Of a DNA stretch of 64,000 nucleotides, positions 56,553 to 64,000 are shown in pieces. This DNA is from a candidate division WOR-3 bacterium (GTDB lineage: Bacteria; Hydrothermota; Tepidihabitantia; Tepidihabitantales; Tepidihabitantaceae), in NCBI GenBank assembly GCA_965649295.1, contig CBFGKH010000002.1:96001-160000 (forward strand), written 5' to 3'. The notes under the pieces are model-generated. The model ran no database searches, was not told the origin of the DNA, and worked only from the letters and a program-made list of their open reading frames with translations. Positions within the stretch are counted from its first letter, which is position 1, and every line of letters starts with the position of its first letter. A program made the position numbers and the translations under genes.

Positions 56553-57233
56553 GTGATAAACCTCTGTGCGGCAGTCGGCCGGTTCGAGATGGCCGAGCTA
56601 CTTGAGGCAGTGCGATCAGGCCCAGGCGGGGACGCCGAGCCCGGCAACTGGGGCATTGCCTACTGCTATGGCACAAGACTGGAGGCCCTGCGCTCGCCCC
56701 ACCCGCCCCAGCGCGACCCTGATTTTGACAAGCTGACCGAACTGCGAACCGATGTTGCCTGCCTTTGGGCCGAATCGGGGGTTGTGCACGGGGTTCGAGA
56801 GCTGCAGCCGTTTCTGCGGCGCGACAGCGGTCGGGTTTGGGCGTTCTGTCATTTCGGGCAGGTGCTGCGGCCAGGGCAGCTTGATGTCGGCGGCAGGATT
56901 GTTGATTCCCAGAGTCCAAGCGAGCGGCTGTTTCTTTATGTGCTGAACCGGCTTGACCAGGAACAGCCGATGGAGTCGGTGGCAGCGGCCCTGGGCGAGT
57001 TGGTCGGCGAGACAGCCCTTTCGTTCTGGTTGATGAGCACCGACCTGGTCTTGGTCGCATCGTGGCATGGTGACGAGACGCGGGACGGTGAGGGTGTGCT
57101 CTGGATGGGCAAGGCCGAACTCGTTCGCTATGTCACCAGTCGGCCACTGCCGAACGTGGCTGAGGTGAGCTGGGAGCGGCTGCCAGCCAAGACAGTCTTG
57201 GCAATTACCCGCGAACGGCGCGAACTTCCCTAG
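56553..57233 (+). CDS. Class II glutamine amidotransferase-like (Ntn) protein, degenerate
   Basis: WGIAY, QPF, WAFCHFG and SERLF resemble the YafJ/EgtC family. Confidence 0.55.
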   Translation: MINLCAAVGRFEMAELLEAVRSGPGGDAEPGNWGIAYCYGTRLEALRSPHPPQRDPDFDKLTELRTDVACLWAESGVVHGVRELQPFLRRDSGRVWAFCHFGQVLRPGQLDVGGRIVDSQSPSERLFLYVLNRLDQEQPMESVAAALGELVGETALSFWLMSTDLVLVASWHGDETRDGEGVLWMGKAELVRYVTSRPLPNVAEVSWERLPAKTVLAITRERRELP

Positions 57234-57258
57234 AAACAAAAACGCCGGCGTAGCCGGC
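57234..57258 (-). terminator. Intrinsic terminator of pilT
   Basis: GCCGGC-tac-GCCGGC followed by GTTTTTGTTT on the minus strand. Confidence 0.65.
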
Positions 57259-57285
57259 AAAGGAGGAAGTCCGAATGCCGCCTGC

Positions 57286-58419
57286 CTAGCGGAAGGCCGG
57301 CTTGCCGCCTTTCTGCTGGGCAGCGGTACGGGCACCGTATTCGATCAGGTCGCGGAAGCCCTTGGGGTCAAAGGCCGAGGCGATGGCGGTTTCGTAGGTG
57401 ACCTTGCCAGCACGGTAGAGCTCGGCCAGATAGGCGTCGAAAGAGATGCTGCCTTCGGCAGTGCCGGTCTGAATGGCTGAGGGCAGGTGCTCGACCTTGC
57501 GCTCGCGGATGAGGTTACGAACCGCAGGGGTGGCAATCATTATCTCATAGCAGCCAACCCGGCCCTTGCCGCCAGCCTTGGGCAGTAGTCGCTGGGCAAA
57601 GACCGCGAGCAGTGATATCGAGAACTGGATGCGGATCTGGTCGCGGATTTCCGGCGGGAAGATGTCAATGAAGCGGGTGACGGTTTCGGGCGCGTTGGTG
57701 GTGTGCAGGGTGCCGATGACGAGGTGGCCGGATTCGGCGGCCCAGATCGTGGCTTCGGCAGTGGCCAGGTCGCGGATTTCGGCGACGAGGATGACATTCG
57801 GGTTCGACCGGAGGCCCTTCATGATTGCCTCGCGGAACGAGGAGACGTCGCTGCCGACCTCACGCTGGGTGACAATACCGTTCTTGTGGTCGTGGACGAA
57901 TTCGACCGGGTCTTCGATGGTGAGCACGTGGCGCGGGCTTTCGAGGATGTAGTCAACGAAGGTCGCCTGGGTGGTCGTCTTGCCCTGACCAGTCGGGCCG
58001 GTGACGAGAATCAGGCCGTGCGGCCGGTCGAGCAGGTTCTTGATGCGGGGAATCAGGTGCGACGAGACGAAGAGTTCCTCGAAGGAGAGAATCCGCCGCG
58101 GAATCAGTCGCAGAGCAAGACCGAAATAGCCTTTCTGCTTATAGACTGCGACCCGGAACCGGGCCATGTTGCGAAAGCTCATGGCAAAGTCACCACCACC
58201 GCCATTGTCAATCTGGGCGCGGAGGTGACGCAAGTCCTTGGTGCAGATGTTCTTGAAGCTTTCGGTCATTTCAGGGGTAAGGACAGGGCAGCCCGGAATT
58301 GGGCGCAAAAACCCATCGATCCGGAGCGTCGGCGGACGACCCACGGTCATGTGAAGGTCCGAGGCGTTAACCTTGATGCACTCGGCCATCAATGACTCGA
58401 AGAATTCTTCGTCAGTCAC
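57286..58419 (-). CDS. pilT: Type IV pilus retraction ATPase PilT/PilU family
   Basis: ASDLH, GPTGQGKTTT, TIEDPVE, QREVG, GHLVIGTLHT, AVRNLIRE. Confidence 0.9.
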   Translation of the reverse strand: MTDEEFFESLMAECIKVNASDLHMTVGRPPTLRIDGFLRPIPGCPVLTPEMTESFKNICTKDLRHLRAQIDNGGGGDFAMSFRNMARFRVAVYKQKGYFGLALRLIPRRILSFEELFVSSHLIPRIKNLLDRPHGLILVTGPTGQGKTTTQATFVDYILESPRHVLTIEDPVEFVHDHKNGIVTQREVGSDVSSFREAIMKGLRSNPNVILVAEIRDLATAEATIWAAESGHLVIGTLHTTNAPETVTRFIDIFPPEIRDQIRIQFSISLLAVFAQRLLPKAGGKGRVGCYEIMIATPAVRNLIRERKVEHLPSAIQTGTAEGSISFDAYLAELYRAGKVTYETAIASAFDPKGFRDLIEYGARTAAQQKGGKPAFR

Positions 58420-58427
58420 CTGTAGAA

Positions 58428-58455
58428 ATTATAGGGGCAGGGCTATGACTGTCAA
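58428..58455 (-). promoter_or_regulatory. sigma70 promoter of pilT, leaderless configuration
   Basis: TTGACA-N16-TATAAT, 8 nt before the GTG. Confidence 0.8.
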
Positions 58456-58482
58456 GGCAAGCAGTTCTAAGGGGATAGCGGT

Positions 58483-59466
58483 CTAGCTATTCGGGGGGCA
58501 GCCTTGGTAATAGACGATACCACGATGGACACGGCGGCAGAGTTCTTTTCTCCGTTCAAGCTGGGCCAGGGTCGAATCGAGTTCGGCAGGAGGGATGCTG
58601 GTAATTCCGCTGATTTCAGCAACAGTCACTGGTCGTGAATGACAGAGGGCGATTATCCGTTCGGTCAGCTCACTCGGGGCTGACTGCGCAGGCAGCGGCG
58701 GGCTGGCTTTTCTTGATTTGGGCAGGTCGGCGATAAGGGCATTGGGGCCGAAGAGGAGCCTAATCTGCTCTAGGTCGTCAGCGGACAGCGGTCGGGCCGA
58801 AGGTTCGGCCGGCGGCCGGACAACGGTGTTCAGGTGGACAAGGTCAGGGTTGATCTCGGCAACGGCGTGACGGAGCTGGACCAAGTGTTCGGGTGAGTCA
58901 TTAGTGTCCTTGCAGAGCATTATCTCGAGCCAGATGCGGCCTGAGTAGCGCTTTCGGAACTTCACCAGCCCAGTGATGATGTCAGCGACCCGCAGGGAAC
59001 GATGGCCGCGGTCAATGCGCCAAAAGACGCGTTGGTCAGCAGCGTCGAGCGAGGGGACAACGAGGTCGGCAGCAGCCAGCTCGCGCCGGACGCGGCCATC
59101 GGTGAGCAGGGTTGAGTTGGTGATAACTGCGACCGGAATCGAGAACTCCGCCTTCAGGCGGCGGATGAGGCGGCCGATGTCGGCATTGAGGGTCGGCTCG
59201 CCTTCGCCGGAGAAGGTGAGATAATCAATCCGCGGTGTCCGGGCAACTGCGGCCCGAACCGCGGCAATGATGTCGGCAATCGGGTAGAACGATTGGCGTT
59301 CAAGTGTTTTGCGGGTCGTGCGGCCGCACTGGCAGTAGATGCAGTCGAGGGTGCAGGTCTTGCGGGGGATGATGTTGATGCCGAGCGAATACCCCAACCG
59401 GCGCGAGCGCACCGGGCCATAGGTGAACGAGTGTTTCTGACCGAAGAGATGGGAGAGGAATGCCAT
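58483..59466 (-). CDS. Radical SAM protein
   Basis: YGPVRSRRLGYSLGIN, CTLDCIYC, TFSGEGEPTL. Confidence 0.9.
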   Translation of the reverse strand: MAFLSHLFGQKHSFTYGPVRSRRLGYSLGINIIPRKTCTLDCIYCQCGRTTRKTLERQSFYPIADIIAAVRAAVARTPRIDYLTFSGEGEPTLNADIGRLIRRLKAEFSIPVAVITNSTLLTDGRVRRELAAADLVVPSLDAADQRVFWRIDRGHRSLRVADIITGLVKFRKRYSGRIWLEIMLCKDTNDSPEHLVQLRHAVAEINPDLVHLNTVVRPPAEPSARPLSADDLEQIRLLFGPNALIADLPKSRKASPPLPAQSAPSELTERIIALCHSRPVTVAEISGITSIPPAELDSTLAQLERRKELCRRVHRGIVYYQGCPPNS

Positions 59467-60942
59467 TTAGCGGTCGGTTGCACCGGCTAGGCCGGCGAGA
59501 TGGGTCTTCAGATACTCGATGCCCTGCTCGGTCGAGGTGATGCGGCCCTCAATCTGCAGCTCTTCGAGCTCTTGGAGAATAACCTTGAACGCCGGGCCGG
59601 GCTTGAGACCAAGCCTAATCAGGTCGTCACCAGTGACCAACCGGCGAACGCGAACGACGGCATCCTCAGCCCGCTTCTGTTCAATCATTCGCGTTATGGT
59701 GTCTTCCAGGTGCGTGGTGCGACCGGCAGTTGCCCAGCCGTCGGCAACGCAGAGAATCATCAGGCCAAAACCCTCCGGGCCAAGGTCGCGCCAGTAGCGG
59801 CGAATCGCCCGTTCGGTCAGGTCGCTGCTCGTTGCCAGCAGATGGAGCCGCATGTGCTCGGCAGCCAGGGTGACGAGCATCTCAGTTTGGTGGCGCGATA
59901 GGCGCAGTCGTTCCCGGGCCAGCCGCTTGATTACCTTTGCACCGATGCTGTCGTGACCGTAGAAGTGAACTTCGCCAGCGCTGTTGGTGAAGCGGGTCTC
60001 GGGTTTGGCAATGTCGTGCAGCAGACCAGCGAGCTTGAGCAGACCCCGGCGGAACGGCAACGGCGCCGGCGGTTCGGCTGGCGCGGCTTCAGCAGTCGGT
60101 TCGGTGCTCGCTGGTGGTTCAGCGGTAGGGGCGGCTAGGCCCCAGCTGTCAAAGTAGGCACGCCACTCTGGTTCGAACCGGCCGAAGAAGCCAGGCCGGT
60201 CAATAATCTCTTCAATCTTCTGATAGGTACGGAATGAATGCTCCCGTAACTGCTCGTCGGCTAGGACCGGCTGAAGCTCGGGCAGAATCTCGGCCAGGCG
60301 GCCAATCGAGTCGAGCCGGCGGATGAACTCATATGATCCGGGCGATTCGAGAATCCGGAGCAGCTCAGCGCCGATGCGTTCGGGTGCGGTGGCAGCGAGC
60401 GAGACCTGGTGGCCGAGCGTGAAGACCTGGTCGTCAATCCGAAACCCAAGCTCAAGGCCGAGCCGTACCGCCCGAAGCAACCGGAGCGGGTCCTGGACAA
60501 GCGACTGGTCAGACACCGGGCGAATCAGCCGCTGATTGAGGTCGGTGAGACCGCCGGCAACATCGAGGACTGGGCCGACGCCAGCAGCGGTGATTTCTAC
60601 GGCCAGGGCATTGACCGTGAAGTCTCGCCGCGCCAGGTCCGACTCAATGGTCTTGTCCCCGAGACCGTTGAAGTCGAGCGTGCGGCCGCCTATCACAACC
60701 CGGACTTCATCATCAGCTTCGGACAGGATTACAAGCTTGCTGCGGGTGCGCTGACTAAACAGGCGGCCAAACTCGTAGCCTGAGCCGCTGACCGCAAAGT
60801 CGAGGTCGGTGGGCGTGCGCCCGAGCAGAGCATCACGTACCGCGCCGCCGACGAGGAAAAGACGGCGGTCGCGAGCGCAGGCGAGAAGCTGGCTGCGGCC
60901 GCGGCCCAACGCAAGCAGGGCGGCTTCGACTTGGGGTTGCAC
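59467..60942 (-). CDS. Class II tRNA nucleotidyltransferase with HD domain (probably CC-adding)
   Basis: VGGAVRDALL..DLDF, DLARRDFTVNA, DPLRLLRA, LLHDIAKP. GTG 60942 lies 8 nt after TTGCGA-N17-TATCCT. Confidence 0.88.
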   Translation of the reverse strand: MQPQVEAALLALGRGRSQLLACARDRRLFLVGGAVRDALLGRTPTDLDFAVSGSGYEFGRLFSQRTRSKLVILSEADDEVRVVIGGRTLDFNGLGDKTIESDLARRDFTVNALAVEITAAGVGPVLDVAGGLTDLNQRLIRPVSDQSLVQDPLRLLRAVRLGLELGFRIDDQVFTLGHQVSLAATAPERIGAELLRILESPGSYEFIRRLDSIGRLAEILPELQPVLADEQLREHSFRTYQKIEEIIDRPGFFGRFEPEWRAYFDSWGLAAPTAEPPASTEPTAEAAPAEPPAPLPFRRGLLKLAGLLHDIAKPETRFTNSAGEVHFYGHDSIGAKVIKRLARERLRLSRHQTEMLVTLAAEHMRLHLLATSSDLTERAIRRYWRDLGPEGFGLMILCVADGWATAGRTTHLEDTITRMIEQKRAEDAVVRVRRLVTGDDLIRLGLKPGPAFKVILQELEELQIEGRITSTEQGIEYLKTHLAGLAGATDR

Positions 60943-61236
60943 AGCGGCAGAGGATAACAATAGCTGCCGGCTGTCGCAACTGGCGCGGCGGTGGCGTTCG
61001 ACTCGCGTTCGTTCAGTCGCGACCACCCTGCCAGGGCTTGACCATAGTCGAAAACTAGTCAACAGTACGGGGTCAAGCTTGACAGCGGGAAACGGGGGCG
61101 GCGATTTGCCTGTAAGCGAGGCAGGAACCCAGTCCGAACTGGCCAATTTGGTCTTGACGTTACAGTTGAAAATGCACTATTGATTTCCGGTCAGGCGGGT
61201 GCTAATTTGTGCAGCTCATTACCAAGGAGATTTCTT

Positions 61237-61557
61237 CTGACATTTCAAGTTTTCGCCAAAGAAGGCTGCGAACTCTGTGAGAAGGCCCGGACTGTGCTGG
61301 CCCATGTCGGGGTGACACCGGTCGTTCGCTATGTGGACGGGCCGTCGGCAACACCGGAGAACGTTGCCGACTTTGCCTGGTTTGACTGGACCGACAAGCC
61401 GCCCCTAGTGGTGGTTACTGAGGGCGAGCGGGTGCTGGCGCGCTGGGACGGCCGGGACATCGGCGCAGCCTGGCTGCCGCAGGTAAAGAAGTGGCTGAGC
61501 GAGCACGGTTCGGCTGGGACGAATCCCGATGCCGATAATGCCGGTCGAACCGGTTAG
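61237..61557 (+). CDS. Glutaredoxin-like CxxC protein
   Basis: FQVFAKEGCELCEKA; AAGGAG SD 7 nt before CTG 61237. Confidence 0.7.
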   Translation: MTFQVFAKEGCELCEKARTVLAHVGVTPVVRYVDGPSATPENVADFAWFDWTDKPPLVVVTEGERVLARWDGRDIGAAWLPQVKKWLSEHGSAGTNPDADNAGRTG

Positions 61558-61566
61558 GAGCAGGCG

Positions 61567-61743
61567 ATGGAAAAGCACCAACACAAGCACGAGGGTAACT
61601 ATGACCCGGTCTGCGGAATGGAAGTGACCAAGGAGCAGGCAGCCTGCAGCTACGAGTACAAGGGCAAGACTTACTACTTCTGTGCTCCAAGCTGCCGGGA
61701 TGAGTTTGCTGCCAACCCGCAGCACTTCCTCGAAAAGTCCTAG
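61567..61743 (+). CDS. YHS-domain protein (58 aa, below the ORF-track cutoff)
   Basis: MEKHQHKHEGNYDPVCGMEV...YEYKGKTYYFCAPSCRDEFAANP; AGGAG SD. Confidence 0.9.
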   Translation: MEKHQHKHEGNYDPVCGMEVTKEQAACSYEYKGKTYYFCAPSCRDEFAANPQHFLEKS

Positions 61744-61760
61744 CGACTGGTGAAGGAATT

Positions 61761-61792
61761 GCGGCGGCACCGCTGGTGCCGCCGCCTGTTTT
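61761..61792 (+). terminator. Intrinsic terminator
   Basis: GCGGCGGCACC-gct-GGTGCCGCCGC followed by CTGTTTT. Confidence 0.8.
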
Positions 61793-61803
61793 GGGGTTGC
61801 GAA

Positions 61804-62202
61804 TTAGCGGTTGAAGAGCTCGCTCAGACTGGGCAGGGCGATCAGTCCTGCGATCATCAGTACCGCCCAGATAATTCCAGCAATCAGGCCGAGCCCGATC
61901 GAGACAATGGTCAGAATCCCGGATATTGTGAAGTAGTTCTTTAGCTTGTCGGTCATCGCTGCGAGCGCGGCCGCGTCACCCTTCTCAGCATACTCGCCGG
62001 TGCGCGAGCCGGCCTGAACGAGCACGATACCGAGCCAGATTGGTATCCACGCCCAGAGGATGCCGACAATCGAGAGGGCATTGAGTGCGCCGGCGATGAT
62101 ATTGATGATACCCAGGAACTTCATCCAGCCTTTCATGCCGGCAGCATTGCGCTGCGCTGCGGTGCTCGTGACGGCGGATAGACCACTGACACTGGCTTCC
62201 AT
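61804..62202 (-). CDS. DUF5362-like membrane protein
   Basis: GWMKFLGI...WIPIWLG..L.QA...LKNYF; AGGAGG SD. Confidence 0.8.
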   Translation of the reverse strand: MEASVSGLSAVTSTAAQRNAAGMKGWMKFLGIINIIAGALNALSIVGILWAWIPIWLGIVLVQAGSRTGEYAEKGDAAALAAMTDKLKNYFTISGILTIVSIGLGLIAGIIWAVLMIAGLIALPSLSELFNR

Positions 62203-62542
62203 AGATAAGTCCTCCTGATTCTGTTTGTTCGAACCGCCAGAGAGTAACCCAAACAGACCAGAGAATCAAGACCGACCGCCACTCCCGCAGCCCTGCTCAA
62301 GAACGTCGGCGTTGAGCCTAAAGGTCACCGCGGCGATTGTTGGCTGTAACATATTGCAAATGCGTAAGATAAACGACAGGTTGGTGCTGGCGGCCATTGA
62401 TGGGGTCGCGCTGGTCGGTCAGCATAAGCTACGTCTTGTCGGCTAGTTGCAGTATGGTAAGCCGCTGGCGGCTGACTTTTGGGGCGGGTTCGGCCGATTG
62501 GGGGCTTGACATTTCTGGACATAATGCTATATTGTGGCAGTT

Positions 62543-63490
62543 ATGGGGCTTAGCTCCAAGCCGGAAGTCTCGGTCATTGTTCCAGCCTACAATGAGGTTG
62601 ATAATATCGGCCCATTGCTGGCCGAGCTTTCTGCTCGGTTTCCATCCACTTATGAGGTGATAATCGTTGACGATGGTTCGCGGGATGGAACTTACGAGGC
62701 AGCCTTGGCAGAGCAGGCCAAGTATCCATTTGTCCGAGTCGCCAGGCATCCGACCAATCAGGGCAAGACCGCGGCAATTGTGACCGGTATGGAGCTGGCC
62801 CGGGCCGACATCATCTCGATTCTCGATGCTGACCTACAGTTTCTGCCTGAGGATGTGATGGCCCAAGTGCAGAAGCTCGAAGAGGGCTATGGGATGGTTA
62901 CCGGCCGCAAGCGTGGTCATTACGAGAAGAGGCTTGTCTCAGCCATCTACAACGGCCTGGCCCGGCTGCTGTTTGGGCTGAAGGTACATGATATCAACGC
63001 GCTCAAGACATTTCGGCGCGAGGCGCTTGATGGGGTAGTGCTGCGCAAGGACTGGCACCGCTACATCGTGCCGCTGGCTGCCAGTCGGGGTGTGCGGATT
63101 GCCGAGATTCCGGTGACTCTGCGGCCGCGCCATGCGGGTGAGGCCAAGTATTCGAATCCGCTGCGGGTCTTTATCGGGCTTTTTGACCTGGTGGCGGTTG
63201 CGTTTCAGCTCTCCTTCATGCGCAAGCCGATGCTCTACTTCGGGACTCTGGGAATGCTGTCGCTGGTGGGTGGGTTTATAGCCGGAGTGGTGGCCGTCAT
63301 TCTGCGGCTGTTTGGGCACGGGTTCCGACCCTTGCTCTATCTTGTCGTGCTACTGGTGCTGGCTGGGCTGCTACTGTTTGCAGCCGGGTTTCTGGGCGAG
63401 GCTCTGGCTGGCATCAATGAGCGGGTTGAGCGGCTGGAGCGACTACTGACGAAAGCGAAGGACAGGGGGCAGACTGAGGGTGGTAACTAG
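62543..63490 (+). CDS. GT2 polyprenol-phosphate glycosyltransferase
   Basis: SVIVPAYNE, VDDGSRDGT, LDADLQ, two C-terminal TMs. Confidence 0.92.
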   Translation: MGLSSKPEVSVIVPAYNEVDNIGPLLAELSARFPSTYEVIIVDDGSRDGTYEAALAEQAKYPFVRVARHPTNQGKTAAIVTGMELARADIISILDADLQFLPEDVMAQVQKLEEGYGMVTGRKRGHYEKRLVSAIYNGLARLLFGLKVHDINALKTFRREALDGVVLRKDWHRYIVPLAASRGVRIAEIPVTLRPRHAGEAKYSNPLRVFIGLFDLVAVAFQLSFMRKPMLYFGTLGMLSLVGGFIAGVVAVILRLFGHGFRPLLYLVVLLVLAGLLLFAAGFLGEALAGINERVERLERLLTKAKDRGQTEGGN

Positions 63491-64000
63491 TGGCCGTGCA
63501 GGGCAGCCGGATTCGGAGTATCGTCAGCACTGGGCTGCGGGTCCTGCTTTCGGCCGGGCTGCTTGGGCTGCTCGGCTGGCTCTTTCGCGACAAGCTGGGC
63601 GATGCGCTGCTGCTGGTGCGGCGGGCCGAGCCAGGCTGGCTGGTGATGGCGGCAGCCTGGTATGTCCTGTTTGTCATCGTCTCGGCCTGGCGCTGGCAGG
63701 TGCTGTTAGGAGCGCGTGGATTGCACTTCTCGACCGGCTATCTGGCGCGGGTCTTCACCATTGGGCTTTTCTTCTGCAAGCTGCTGCCGACTTCGATCGG
63801 CGGTGACGTGATGCGTATCGCCTACACTGCGCCAAAAGAGAAGGCAGCCGAGGCGTTCTCAGCCACGCTGCTCGACCGGCTGATTGGTTTCACCAGCCTG
63901 CTTTTCCTGGCAGTGCTCGTCTCAATCCTCATGTTTCTGACGAGTGTTCAGTCGCGGCAGCTCGAACTGGCAGTTGCCGGCATCACCTTCCGGGGCCCGG
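63490..64000 (+). CDS. Lysylphosphatidylglycerol synthase TM / flippase-like protein, runs off the right edge
   Basis: Manual translation VAVQGSRIRS...SAWRWQVLL...IGLFFCKLLPTSIGGDVMR. Confidence 0.85.
   Translation, partial: MAVQGSRIRSIVSTGLRVLLSAGLLGLLGWLFRDKLGDALLLVRRAEPGWLVMAAAWYVLFVIVSAWRWQVLLGARGLHFSTGYLARVFTIGLFFCKLLPTSIGGDVMRIAYTAPKEKAAEAFSATLLDRLIGFTSLLFLAVLVSILMFLTSVQSRQLELAVAGITFRGP

Noticed and set aside
60943..61180. N-terminal 68-aa extension of the nucleotidyltransferase, or an ncRNA here
   Set aside because: Better explained as a divergent promoter region; no recognisable RNA family.
63480..63806. 108-aa ORF in the track
   Set aside because: Wrong frame; the real gene is the flippase-like CDS starting at 63490.

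Overview
A GC-rich bacterial chromosome segment. Gene content and the C-terminal sorting domains suggest an FCB-group anaerobe such as candidate phylum WOR-3 (inference only). It carries about 50 CDS and two tRNAs (Asp-GTC and Gly-CCC, neither with an encoded CCA). Housekeeping genes include valS, a stand-alone fusA, nth, pilT, a tRNA nucleotidyltransferase, ccsA/ccsB and apbE. There is also a three-gene histidine-kinase cluster, a small defence-like island (TcmP, DUF5131 and a type ISP remnant), and 11 secreted proteins with T9SS/FlgD-like C-terminal domains, six of them adjacent beta-propellers. The main new signal is a 125-aa stand-alone gene (6387-6764) that aligns by eye along its length with the rudivirus SIRV2-type (Adnaviria) major capsid protein, whose dimer binds 12 bp of A-form DNA. 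Directly upstream is a non-coding array with 12-bp periodicity. Two further intergenic 12-bp-periodic arrays (about 19645-19944 and 49813-50136) share a CCCGGG core and a conserved 38-bp terminal motif resembling a XerC half-site. Together these suggest an undescribed bacterial DNA-wrapping or packaging system. Many genes also appear to be transcribed as leaderless mRNAs from sigma70 promoters with a 16-bp spacer. All alignments and counts were done by hand and need computational confirmation.
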